Shown: piece by piece, positions 52,088-61,425 of the stretch | How the letters are laid out: each line of letters begins with the position of its first letter | Position numbering within the stretch: the stretch's first letter is position 1 | Assembly (NCBI GenBank): GCA_965219685.1 | Contig: CBDCOH010000002.1 | Coordinates: forward strand, 2,048,001-2,112,000 | Length of the DNA: 64,000 bases | Source: Candidatus Spongiisociaceae bacterium | Lineage (GTDB): Bacteria > Actinomycetota > Acidimicrobiia > Spongiisociales > Spongiisociaceae | Direction of reading: 5' to 3' | Program-made: the position numbers and the translations under genes | Notes under the pieces: generated by a model | Seen by the model: only the letters and a program-made list of their open reading frames with translations | Databases searched by the model: none | What the model was told of the DNA's origin: nothing

Positions 52088-53164
52088 TCACCGTATCCGC
52101 TCGGCGATGGCGGTTCCGACCTCGTCGGTGCTGTTGGTCCCGCCCATGTCGCGGGTGCCCACCTCGCCTTCGGAAAGCACATCGGCGATCGCGACGCCTA
52201 CCGCGTCGGCCGCGTCGTGCTCGCCTAGGTGGTCCAGCATCATGCGAACCGCTTCGATCGACGCGATCGGGTTCACGCGCCGCTGACCAGTGTACTTTGG
52301 AGCGGAGCCGTGGATCGGCTCGAACATCGACGGGAACCGGTGCTCCGGGTCGATGTTGCCGCCGGCGGCGAACCCCATGCCTCCCTGGAGCATCGCCCCG
52401 AGGTCGGTGATGATGTCTCCGAACAGGTTGGAGGCCACCACCACGTCGAACCACTCCGGGTTCTTCACCATCCACATCGACAAAGCGTCCACCAGCGCCA
52501 TGTCCGTCTCCACATCGGGAAAGTCGGCGGCCACCTCGTCGAACACCGTGTCCCAGAACACCATCGAGTAGTTAAGGGCGTTGGACTTGGTGCAGTTGGT
52601 TACACGTCCGACCGGCGCCTCGGAACCCAGCTTGGAACGCTGCCGAGCCAACTCGAACGAGTACCGCATCACCCGCTCGCATCCCTTGTGGGTGAACACC
52701 GCGGTCTGCAACGCCACCGCGTCGGGCGTTCCCGCCTTGAAGATCCCGCCCTGGGCTGCGTACTCCCCCTCGGTGTTCTCCCGCACCACCACCATGTCCA
52801 GAGTCTCACGCGTAGCGGTCCGGATCGGTGTGCCGACCCCCGGATACAGCCGGATGGGACGCAGGTTCACGTACTGGTCGAACCCACGCCGGACGCCCAA
52901 TATCAACTCCAGCGAAAGGTGGTCGGGCATCTTGGACACGTCCCCCACCGACCCGAGGAAGATCGCATCGAACGCGGCCAGTGTGTCCAGGTAGTCGTCC
53001 GGCATCATCTTCCCGTCGGCCAGCCAACGATCGCATCCCCAATCGAACCACTCAGTCTCCACCTCGAAGCCGTGGCCACGGGCGGCCGCGACGAGGGCCC
53101 GCTCCGCCTCCTCCGACACCTCCGGTCCGACACCGTCCGCCGGGATGAAAGCTATCCGATACAC
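52088..53164 (-). CDS. Tartrate/D-malate/isopropylmalate dehydrogenase family
   Basis: DGVGPEV, FDQYVNLRP, RENTEGEY, NLFGDI, FEPIHGSAP. Confidence 0.9.
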   Translation of the reverse strand: MYRIAFIPADGVGPEVSEEAERALVAAARGHGFEVETEWFDWGCDRWLADGKMMPDDYLDTLAAFDAIFLGSVGDVSKMPDHLSLELILGVRRGFDQYVNLRPIRLYPGVGTPIRTATRETLDMVVVRENTEGEYAAQGGIFKAGTPDAVALQTAVFTHKGCERVMRYSFELARQRSKLGSEAPVGRVTNCTKSNALNYSMVFWDTVFDEVAADFPDVETDMALVDALSMWMVKNPEWFDVVVASNLFGDIITDLGAMLQGGMGFAAGGNIDPEHRFPSMFEPIHGSAPKYTGQRRVNPIASIEAVRMMLDHLGEHDAADAVGVAIADVLSEGEVGTRDMGGTNSTDEVGTAIAERIR

Positions 53165-53453
53165 GCCAAAGACCCCTTGCTCGCCATCACCCGCGGCACC
53201 GTAACACCGCCTGATGCAGCGGCTCAAACCGTCGACCTAGGCGGGAGGGATGGCAACCTGATCAGGTTAAGGCCTGGGAGAGACAGTCGCTGAGGCAAAG
53301 CCTATGTCTCCGCTCGACTGTCGGCGATCATCAAGCGTTCACGTCATCCCCGCCCACCGGATGGATCATCTAGTACCTCTTTGACTGAGGGTCCGGGTGT
53401 GGCTGGCAGACCGGCTGCCGTCTACTGTTCGATCAGAGTGTTTTCGATATATA

Positions 53454-53515
53454 GGGGTTGACACTGTCACACAGGATTGATACAACTTAGGGCATGGATA
53501 ACGAACACGCGTTCG
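53454..53515 (+). promoter_or_regulatory. Leaderless promoter with LexA (SOS) box
   Basis: TTGACA-N17-TACAAC then ATG 53494; perfect CGAAC-ACGC-GTTCG at 53502-53515. Confidence 0.75.
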
Positions 53516-54780
53516 CTAATATCCGCCAGCCCGCTGCTGCAGGCGGCACCCGACGGATCTCAGCCGATCGGTCGGGTCATATTGTGGACTCCCGCATCGT
53601 TGCTTCGCTTGCGGAGTTGGAACAGGTCCGCATCCTGCCGATGTCGCAGCACCACGCAGACCGGACGCTCGGAGTGCTGAGCCGGATCCAATCGGTAGCC
53701 GCATCACTGATGTGCGACGTGACAGAGATGCTGGCAGCCACCGACTCCGAAGCGGACCCCGCCGAGGCACTGCGGCAGGGAGCGAGGATACCCACCCGCG
53801 AGTCCAAGCGGATGGCCAAGATGGCAAAGCAACTCTCGGACATGCCCAAGGTCAAAGAACGGTTCGCCACCGGCGACATCACCCCCGATCACGTCAAGGC
53901 TCTGGCCAACGCCGCCGCGAAAGTCGGCCCCGAAGCGGTGGACACCGACGAGACCCTGCTCGAAGCCGCCGACGAGATGCTCCCGGACACCTTCAACCGC
54001 CACGCCCGCAAATGGTCCGATGAGAAGCTGATCAAACGGGGCCTTGATCCGCTCGAGCGTCAGCGGCGGGCCCGTGAAGCCAAGATGTGGGTCGAGAAGG
54101 ACACCGGCCTCGGGGTGGTGATGGCGAAGCTCCCCCGACCCCAGTTCGAACAGGTCCGCCAAGCGATCGACAACCACTACCTGCACCATCTCCGCCAGGA
54201 CGGCGCCGACGAGCGCGATCCTGACAAGGTACGCACCCCCAAGCAGCGACTCGCCGACGTTGTCTTCGAGCTGTTCACCAACCGCTCGGCGTTAACCGGC
54301 GAGTTCCTTTCCGAGCAGGTCGGGATCAAGGCCAAAGCCTCCACCCAGCTCATCATCGCCGCTGAGGCGGGAGTGATAGACGGAACCAACCCCGGCGGCA
54401 AGGTCGAGATCATCGGAGTAGGCCCGGTCCCCCGCCAGATACTTCAGACGCTCACCCCTGATACCGAACTCGCCGGCATGCTCTTCGACCGGAAGGGCCG
54501 CCCCCTGTGGCTAGGCCGAAACCAACGACTCGGCAACGCCGCCCAACGCCTGGCGGTGGCCGTCCGGGACGGCGGCTGCTTCGAATGCGGCGCACCCATG
54601 CACAGATGCGAACTCCACCACATCCAGGAGTGGCACCGCGACCGAGGACTCACTGACATCGACAACCTCGTCGCCGTCTGCCGCAGACACCACAAATGGC
54701 TCGAGTCCAACGACCTCGTAGTACGCCGAACCCCCACCGGCTATCAAACACACCCCCGCTCCGGGCCGGATCCTCCATGA
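53494..54780 (+). CDS. DUF222 + HNH endonuclease (REP13E12-like)
   Basis: RTPKQRLAD, PLWLGR, RDGGCFECG, ELHHIQEW..G.TDIDNL..VCRRHH. Confidence 0.9.
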   Translation: MDNEHAFANIRQPAAAGGTRRISADRSGHIVDSRIVASLAELEQVRILPMSQHHADRTLGVLSRIQSVAASLMCDVTEMLAATDSEADPAEALRQGARIPTRESKRMAKMAKQLSDMPKVKERFATGDITPDHVKALANAAAKVGPEAVDTDETLLEAADEMLPDTFNRHARKWSDEKLIKRGLDPLERQRRAREAKMWVEKDTGLGVVMAKLPRPQFEQVRQAIDNHYLHHLRQDGADERDPDKVRTPKQRLADVVFELFTNRSALTGEFLSEQVGIKAKASTQLIIAAEAGVIDGTNPGGKVEIIGVGPVPRQILQTLTPDTELAGMLFDRKGRPLWLGRNQRLGNAAQRLAVAVRDGGCFECGAPMHRCELHHIQEWHRDRGLTDIDNLVAVCRRHHKWLESNDLVVRRTPTGYQTHPRSGPDPP

Positions 54781-54858
54781 TCCACCCGACGAGCCCAAAG
54801 GCCCCACCTGCCGAGGACCGGGCACTGCAACCTGTGCGTGAACACAAACACAGAGAAG

Positions 54859-54880
54859 CCAGGAGCCGCGCAACTCCTGG
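54859..54880 (+). terminator. Hairpin after the HNH gene
   Basis: CCAGGAG-N8-CTCCTGG, no U-tract. Confidence 0.4.
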
Positions 54881-54896
54881 GTACGATTGGATGATC

Positions 54897-56129
54897 ATGT
54901 CGACCGACGCCGGATACCTCCCCCGACTCAAGTCTCGCGAAGGCTACGTCGATCACCTGGAGGGCTTCACGACCGCTGAGAACGGGGAGTCCGACGGAGG
55001 TCGACCAATGCGCACGCGAATCAAGACCTACATGCTTGAGACAGCGCGCTATGGCCATGCCGTCCCAGATCTTGACAGTGCCTTTCCGAGCGAGGCTCAC
55101 CTCCATCGGTTAGATGACACCCTCTACCGCGTCGAAGATGCTCCGAACGGAAACCGGGTCGTAGGACTAGTCGAGTCCCTCGGCGACGGTCGTCACCCAG
55201 TCCTCTACACCACGCTGCCAGTAGCCGAGAGTGATAGATGGGTTCGTCGCGTCGTTGACAATAACCCCTGGCTGGACCGCCTATGGCTGTCGTCGCCGAT
55301 CCTGTTCGAACTCTGGAAGTACGTGCAACGCAGCACTGCAAGTGATCGCTACGTACGTCTCGGCTTCGAACATGAAGCTTGGTATGAGGCACCCTCTGAC
55401 TTCGACCCAATCGAGGAGGACGTAGAAGCGGAGGACACATCTGACGAGGACGAAGGATTGCCGCTCAGCCGGATCGAACGCCGCCGATCCAAGGTCACGG
55501 TCACCGAAAGACTTGCGCTGCTCAATACCCAGTTACAACAGCTAATTGATCTGTACGACCCTCTTCATTCGCTTGTTCAGTTGCAGCTCCCTGCTGCGGA
55601 ACGCGGGGGACACCGCCTCTACTACGACGGACGGGCCACGAACTGGAGCGATTCGTTCCTTGATCACCGAGCAACCGTCAGTCTGGTTGTGAGGCTTTAC
55701 CGAGCTGTCACCACGCGGGCAGAGGATCGGCTCTGGGTGGACACAACTCAAGTCGGCGAGTCTGGCTTCTCAGTGAGCGGGGCACCGCTGACGATCCGGT
55801 TCAGTGAACAGCTAAGCGAGGCGACATTTGAGCGATTCGTCGACTTGGCCCTTAGGAGGCGAACCAGCCGTTTCCGGATCGGTGGCTATGTGACTCAGCG
55901 GGGACCCACCAAAGTGCACGTGGCCGGTATCGATCGCCACCTGTGGCAGCCTTTCCTGCTTGAGGCCACCAGCCGTCAACTGCTCGGAGTCCTTCCACAA
56001 GGAACCTGCGGTAACACGATCCACCGGCTAGTGACGAATGTCCAGCGGTATCTGGATCCGAAGGTGGATGTCTGGCTCGGCAGCGAGAAGTACGAAGTCG
56101 CCGTAGCAGAGTCCATGAACGCGGCGTGA
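54897..56129 (+). CDS. Hypothetical protein, gene 1 of a putative defence pair
   Basis: About 410 aa; acidic loop; C-terminal GTCGNTIHRLVTNVQRYLDP; GTGA overlap with the next gene. Confidence 0.75.
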   Translation: MSTDAGYLPRLKSREGYVDHLEGFTTAENGESDGGRPMRTRIKTYMLETARYGHAVPDLDSAFPSEAHLHRLDDTLYRVEDAPNGNRVVGLVESLGDGRHPVLYTTLPVAESDRWVRRVVDNNPWLDRLWLSSPILFELWKYVQRSTASDRYVRLGFEHEAWYEAPSDFDPIEEDVEAEDTSDEDEGLPLSRIERRRSKVTVTERLALLNTQLQQLIDLYDPLHSLVQLQLPAAERGGHRLYYDGRATNWSDSFLDHRATVSLVVRLYRAVTTRAEDRLWVDTTQVGESGFSVSGAPLTIRFSEQLSEATFERFVDLALRRRTSRFRIGGYVTQRGPTKVHVAGIDRHLWQPFLLEATSRQLLGVLPQGTCGNTIHRLVTNVQRYLDPKVDVWLGSEKYEVAVAESMNAA

Positions 56130-57190
56130 CAACGGAAGCCGATCTTCTCTCGGATCAGGTCTTCCAGCTCAACACGTTCCTCTGGGCACTTGAGGACCTC
56201 CCCGCACCGGGCGAGATTCGACCGGTGCTTCGGAATGCCGGCTACTACCTTGTCGCCGTCGGACGCCGAGTGCTAGTGCCAGCTGAGGACTCGGTTGTAG
56301 CCGCGCTCGAACGACTTACCGGTTCGCCTGATCGGTCTCCATGTCGGCCAGACCTATGGCTAAAGCACAAGGAACACCCAGTGCAGCCGATCGTTGAACT
56401 CAAGGCACATGGATTCTCGCCGGGTTCTTCGAACAAGCGGCAGGCGGTGAAGTTGCTCTTATCTGCCTTCGACCTTGCCGCCTCTCTTGGAGAGCAGACC
56501 GAGCGTCGTGGCCATGTGCTCTATGGAACCGTCGCAACCGATGCGGAGAGCCAGGAGACGACGCTGAAGGAACTCGCAGATGAAGTGAGGGCCACGGGTC
56601 TCCCGGCAGCACCCACCGCAGTGGTTGGACTTTTTTTGGGACACGAAGGCGTAGCGATGTCCAGTCCCACACCATCCGACCTGCCTGGGCCCGCCGCAGA
56701 AGCTCTTGCTGCTCCTGCGATCGTCCTCCAGAGGGATGGTGATAACGACTTGCAACCCCTCTATTTCGTCCCTTGGATTCCAGATATCGAAGATAGCCAG
56801 GATCCTGCCCTGCATGCCGACGGGCTTCGAGAGTTGACAGCCCGCGTACTGATACAAGTGATGGGCCACATCGGTCGGGCCCGTGTCCCGACCACACTTG
56901 CGCTGAGCGGAACCCAACTGCTCAGCAACGCTACCTTCCGCGTGTTCGATCGCTGGCACGAGGAGAACCGGAAGCAGTTCAGCGAAGCGGCCGCCAAGAT
57001 CGTCGAACGTGCGCTCAGGTCCCACGTCCAGGTCCGTCGTCATGGTGGTGACCGGCTTGAGATCGACCTGCCTAGCAAAGAGATCACGGACAAGGCCATC
57101 AGGCGCCTTGAACAGGCCGACCCCGCTGATCCGAAGAAGAACCTCGAGGCAGCGACACAAGAGCACCCGACGCTCTTCGACGACTTCTAG
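56126..57190 (+). CDS. Hypothetical protein with PD-(D/E)xK-like motif
   Basis: RPDLWL...IVELKAHGF. Confidence 0.7.
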   Translation: MTTEADLLSDQVFQLNTFLWALEDLPAPGEIRPVLRNAGYYLVAVGRRVLVPAEDSVVAALERLTGSPDRSPCRPDLWLKHKEHPVQPIVELKAHGFSPGSSNKRQAVKLLLSAFDLAASLGEQTERRGHVLYGTVATDAESQETTLKELADEVRATGLPAAPTAVVGLFLGHEGVAMSSPTPSDLPGPAAEALAAPAIVLQRDGDNDLQPLYFVPWIPDIEDSQDPALHADGLRELTARVLIQVMGHIGRARVPTTLALSGTQLLSNATFRVFDRWHEENRKQFSEAAAKIVERALRSHVQVRRHGGDRLEIDLPSKEITDKAIRRLEQADPADPKKNLEAATQEHPTLFDDF

Positions 57191-57477
57191 ACGGTCGGAC
57201 CGTGCCTGTGTCGCTCCCGGAGCTCTGCGATGACGTCGGTCACCGGTCGGACCTTCCCGGTCTCGACTTCGCGGTTTCCGAGGGCAAGAACTTTGAGCAA
57301 GGCAAGTGTCTCCTGCATCTGCTCGTAGCTGTCGATGTCCTGGATAACCACCTTGGCCTCGCCGTTCTGGGTGATGATCAACGGTTCTCCCTGATCATCG
57401 AGTGTTCGTACGATCTCGCCGGCATGAGCCTTGAGATAACTGATCGACTTGATCCGGTGGGACACTCTCTTGGCCAT
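57187..57477 (-). CDS. Phd/YefM antitoxin, orphan
   Basis: IKSISYLKAHA, IITQNGEAKVV; no toxin downstream. Confidence 0.88.
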   Translation of the reverse strand: MAKRVSHRIKSISYLKAHAGEIVRTLDDQGEPLIITQNGEAKVVIQDIDSYEQMQETLALLKVLALGNREVETGKVRPVTDVIAELRERHRHGPTV

Positions 57478-57589
57478 CTCCTCTCCGGACCGAACATATT
57501 CATAGGCCGGTCAGGAATCTCCGTCGCTCTGCCCAAACTATCCTAGGTACCCTTCGAATCAATCAAGACTTTGTAGTACTTTGTCTTTC

Positions 57590-57874
57590 ATGAACATGAA
57601 TCGTGAGACCGATCCGTCGACCGAAGAGGTAGACAAGGTCTACTGCATCCGGGTGACAAGGGGCAACGGTCAGATGGATCCACAGCTCGCTGCCGCAATG
57701 CAGGAGGTCCACGAGGCGAGGCTCCGGGACCCGAACAGTTGGGACAACAACCCGGACAAGCAGCGAGAGGCGTTAGAAGGTCTCGGCAAGCTGCTCGCCG
57801 AGTGGCAGGAGGAGAACGGCGCCTTCACGGAAGAAGAACTCGCGAGAGCCCGGGCGAGCATGTACGGACCGTGA
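57590..57874 (+). CDS. Putative antitoxin, copy 1
   Basis: LLAEWQEENGAFTEEELARAR; GTGA overlap with the PIN gene. Confidence 0.7.
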   Translation: MNMNRETDPSTEEVDKVYCIRVTRGNGQMDPQLAAAMQEVHEARLRDPNSWDNNPDKQREALEGLGKLLAEWQEENGAFTEEELARARASMYGP

Positions 57875-58266
57875 GTATCGTGCTCGACGCCGGAGCCCTG
57901 ATCGCGCTCGACCGTGGCAACCGGGAGGTCTGGTCACGCCTCCAAACCGCCTTCTAGGACGGCGATCGCGTTCGGGTCCCCGCCGGGGTGATCGGCCAGG
58001 CTTGGCGGAAACCCAGCCGGCAGGTACTCCTTTCGCGAGCCCTGAAACAGTGTGACGAGATCCCCTTGGATGGTTCGACGGCGCGAACGTCGGGATGGCT
58101 ATGCGGCCCAACGGACACCGCAGACGTGATCGATGCCTCGGTAGCCCTTGTCGTGTCGTACGCCTTGGATCGAGACGCTGAGGTAGTGCTTCTCACATCG
58201 GACACAGAAGATCTCCAAAACCTCCTCGCTGCTCTGGACGCCGTTCCCCGGATCGTCAAGGTCTGA
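57871..58266 (+). pseudogene. PIN toxin with an in-frame TAG
   Basis: VLDAGALIALDR..TAF*DGDRVRVPAGVIGQAWR..DVIDASV..LTSD; TAG at 57955-57957. Confidence 0.85.
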
Positions 58267-58522
58267 ACCGCTCGAGCGTCACAGACCAGGAACGACCCTG
58301 CCGTCAACACGGCATTACCCCCGGAGGACTGGGACAACGTACATGGGACGTGGACATGTGCATCCATAGCGTGCTACCACGCGCCGCTGCGTTCAGGCGT
58401 CGCCGCCCATCTGAGAGCCCATTAAGCGGACTACCGGTACAGGCAGATCGCCATCCTGCTCGACTTGGGGTTCAGAGACCCGATCCACTAGACCGGTTGC
58501 GTACCCGTCACTGAAGGTCTGA

Positions 58523-59797
58523 ATGCCAACTTTCTCCAATTCTGGCAGTTCCAGACCCGCCCGGCGGTTTCTCGGCTGGCGGATCGCGGGGTTGGCCACT
58601 ATCACGGGAGCGATGACCGGTCCCGGCCAGACGATCGGGGTGTCCGTGTCGATCGACCCGTTGATCGCGGCGTTGGGACTCAGCCGGCCTCAGGTATCGG
58701 CGGCCTATCTCATCGGTACGCTCGCCGGCGCCGTTCTCCTTCTACCGGTCGGCGGTTGGATCGACCGGGTCGGCGCCCGGCGGGCCATGAGGTCGATCGG
58801 GGTAGCGTTCGGAATCGGCCTGGTCGTCATGGCGGGCGTTCAGGGCTTCGTCACCTTGGCGATCGGATTCACCCTCATCCGCTGGCTGGGCCAGGGTTCA
58901 TTGTCGCTGGTGAGTTCGGTGGCCATCGCTCACTGGTTCGAACGCCGCCGTGGACTGGTGTTCGGGGTGACGACCCCCGCTATCAGCGCCCTGATGAGCC
59001 TCACCCCGCTGATCCTGGGACTGGCCGTTGCAACCTACGGCCTGCGCGTATCGTGGCTTCTAGCTGCGGCCGCGGTCTGGATCGTCGTAGTGCCGATCGG
59101 GCACTTCGGCATCGTCGACCGCCCCTCCGACGTCGGCCAGTTACCCGACGGCGATGACATCCCGGCCTCTGTCGCCTTGGCAGGCATCGCAGCCACCCGC
59201 ACCTCCTCGACTCGGGGTCAAGCCATCACCCAACCCAGGTTCGTCCTGATGTCCTGCGTCCTCGCCACCACCGCAATGGTGGGAACCGGGCTCAACTTCC
59301 ACCAGATCTCGATCCTGGGCGGAGCCGGCCTGTCGGCGACCGAAGCCGCAGCCATGTTCGTGCCCCAGGTGTTCGGGACCATCGCTGCCGGGCTAGCTGT
59401 GGGGGCGCTCGCTGATCGACTCCCTGCCCGGGTGCTGCTGATCGCCTCGATGGTTCTCCTGACCTGCGCCCTGGCCATGGTCGGGAGTCTGGAGCCGAGC
59501 TGGCAAGTGTTCGTCTACGTGGTTCTCGTCGGCGCTGCCAGCGGGTCCCAGTTCCCGCTGGTCCCGACAATATTGCCCCGGTGGTTCGGCCTCGGGCACA
59601 TCGGCGGGATCCAAGGCATCTCCATGCTGATCATGGTCGGCGCTTCGGCCGTCGGACCAGTGACCCTGGCCCTGCTCGCCGAGGGCGGAGGGGGATATCC
59701 CGCGGCGGCCTGGTGGCTTGTCTCCTTGCCCCTGGTCGCAGGCCTAGGCGCCCTTTGGATCACCGAGCCAGCTTCCAGGTCACGCTCCCGGGCCTGA
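58523..59797 (+). CDS. MFS transporter
   Basis: GPGQT, G.WIDRVGAR, WFERRRG, about 12 hydrophobic helices. Confidence 0.9.
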   Translation: MPTFSNSGSSRPARRFLGWRIAGLATITGAMTGPGQTIGVSVSIDPLIAALGLSRPQVSAAYLIGTLAGAVLLLPVGGWIDRVGARRAMRSIGVAFGIGLVVMAGVQGFVTLAIGFTLIRWLGQGSLSLVSSVAIAHWFERRRGLVFGVTTPAISALMSLTPLILGLAVATYGLRVSWLLAAAAVWIVVVPIGHFGIVDRPSDVGQLPDGDDIPASVALAGIAATRTSSTRGQAITQPRFVLMSCVLATTAMVGTGLNFHQISILGGAGLSATEAAAMFVPQVFGTIAAGLAVGALADRLPARVLLIASMVLLTCALAMVGSLEPSWQVFVYVVLVGAASGSQFPLVPTILPRWFGLGHIGGIQGISMLIMVGASAVGPVTLALLAEGGGGYPAAAWWLVSLPLVAGLGALWITEPASRSRSRA

Positions 59798-59873
59798 CCA
59801 TTCCCGGTCCCGGTAACAGCGCTGATCCTAGAACCCTCTTGAACAGATCGATGGATTAGGTTACTCTGATGGT

Positions 59874-60173
59874 ATGAACACGAGACAAGCTGGAACTGAC
59901 GAACCGGACGGAGTGCCAGGAAGACTGCGCTGCATCGTGGTTACCCCATCCGGGAGAGAGATGGATCCGCAGCTGGCCGCCGCATTGCAGGAGTCCGGGG
60001 AGAGATTCGCCAAGGATCCGGACAGTTGGCACAACAACCCCGAGAAGAAGCGCAAGGCTCTTGAGGGTCTCGGCAGAGTGCTTGCCGAGTGGGAAGCCGA
60101 GAACGGCGCCTTCACCGAGGAAGAGATGGCCCGCGCCCGAGCTCTCATATACGGTGACGACGTACGTTCTTGA
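59874..60173 (+). CDS. Putative antitoxin, copy 2
   Basis: Paralog of 57590-57874 (MDPQLAAA, DP.SW.NNP.K, ENGAFTEEE). Confidence 0.7.
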   Translation: MNTRQAGTDEPDGVPGRLRCIVVTPSGREMDPQLAAALQESGERFAKDPDSWHNNPEKKRKALEGLGRVLAEWEAENGAFTEEEMARARALIYGDDVRS

Positions 60174-60192
60174 CGCCGGAGCGCTGATCGCA
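60154..60192 (+). pseudogene. PIN toxin N-terminal stub
   Basis: VTTYVLDAGALIA, then homology stops at the convergent gene's stop codon. Confidence 0.7.
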
Positions 60193-61425
60193 TCAGGAGA
60201 GGTCGGTGGTGCTTACCAGGTCGCCCTTGATCGCGTCCTCCGCAGCGGCTTGGACACGGCGGATGGCCCGTTCGATGACTTCGGGGCTGCCGCCGAACGG
60301 TAGGCGGAGGTAGCACCCCTCCTGCATGTCCCCACCGGCGAAGGACGCTCCGGGAACTGTGGGCACGCCGTATCGGGCCAGCAGGTGGCGGCAGAACTCC
60401 TCCTCCCCCACACCCAGCCGGCTGAAGTTCAGGTAGTAGAAAGTCGCTCCCTGCGGGACGACGGTCGAGATCAGATCCGACCCCTCGATGCGTCTCCGGA
60501 TGAGGTCACGGTTGTCGAGGAGGCTTTGCATTCCATTCTTGATCCAGTCCTGGGGACCGACCAGTGCCGCCCACGCCATCGCCTGGGAAGCGGGGTTGCC
60601 GGTCAGCGTCGCCCACTCGAAGGCCTTGGCCACGGGACCGACCAGTTCCTCATGGCCCGCTGCGTAGCCGATGCGCCCCGCCCGCAGCCCGTAGCACTTG
60701 GTGAAACTGTGGATGGTCAGCGTGCGCCGGGCCATGCCGGGAAGGGAAGCGATGCTGATGTGCACGTTGCCGTCGTAGACGAATCTCTCGTAGGCCTCGT
60801 CGGAGATGACGAGGAGGTCGTGGGACTCGGCGAGGCGGGCGATCTCCTGTAGTTCCTGCATGGTGTAGACCACGCCGGTGGGGTTGCCCGGGTTGATGAG
60901 GAGCAGGGCCTTGGTGCGGTCGGTCACGGCGGCTCGAAGCCGGTCGACATCGACGTGGTAGCCATCCTCCTCCCTGCAGAGAACGACCCGGGGCTCGCCT
61001 CCGTAGAAGCTGATTAGGTAGTGGACAAAGAAGCCCGGTCCGAGCATCACGACCTCGTCGCCTGGCTCGACGTAGGCCTGCAGGGTGCAGGCCACTGCCT
61101 GCATGGCCCCGTTGGTGACGACGATGCCGGACCCGGGGTCGACCGAGACATCGTTGTCACGGGACAGCTTCTCGGAGATGGCCTCACGGAGCCGGGCCTC
61201 ACCGCGTGAGTGTGGCCTCCGGTCGGAGGCCAGGGCGACCGCTCCCGCCTCCACGACGTGAGCGGGCAGAGGGTCGGTGATGCCCCCGGCGAGGCTGATC
61301 ACGTCCACGCCCCGTCTCTTCGCCACCGCGGCGATGTCCTGCGCCCATATCGTGCTGGGCACTCTCGGGGTCGCGCCCGTGGCCGCGGAGATCCGCTGCG
61401 GCGCGGGCGGGCTCCCGTCAGGCAT
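60193..61425 (-). CDS. PLP-dependent aminotransferase class I/II
   Basis: VTNGA, NPGNPTG, SDEAYE, SFTKCYGLRAGRIG. Confidence 0.92.
   Translation of the reverse strand: MPDGSPPAPQRISAATGATPRVPSTIWAQDIAAVAKRRGVDVISLAGGITDPLPAHVVEAGAVALASDRRPHSRGEARLREAISEKLSRDNDVSVDPGSGIVVTNGAMQAVACTLQAYVEPGDEVVMLGPGFFVHYLISFYGGEPRVVLCREEDGYHVDVDRLRAAVTDRTKALLLINPGNPTGVVYTMQELQEIARLAESHDLLVISDEAYERFVYDGNVHISIASLPGMARRTLTIHSFTKCYGLRAGRIGYAAGHEELVGPVAKAFEWATLTGNPASQAMAWAALVGPQDWIKNGMQSLLDNRDLIRRRIEGSDLISTVVPQGATFYYLNFSRLGVGEEEFCRHLLARYGVPTVPGASFAGGDMQEGCYLRLPFGGSPEVIERAIRRVQAAAEDAIKGDLVSTTDLS

Noticed and set aside
53228-53440. Riboswitch or tRNA in the divergent intergenic region
   Set aside because: No cloverleaf or riboswitch consensus recognisable by eye
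57955-57957. Programmed pyrrolysine recoding of the PIN gene TAG
   Set aside because: No pyl genes seen and TAG is used as a normal stop throughout; a nonsense mutation is simpler
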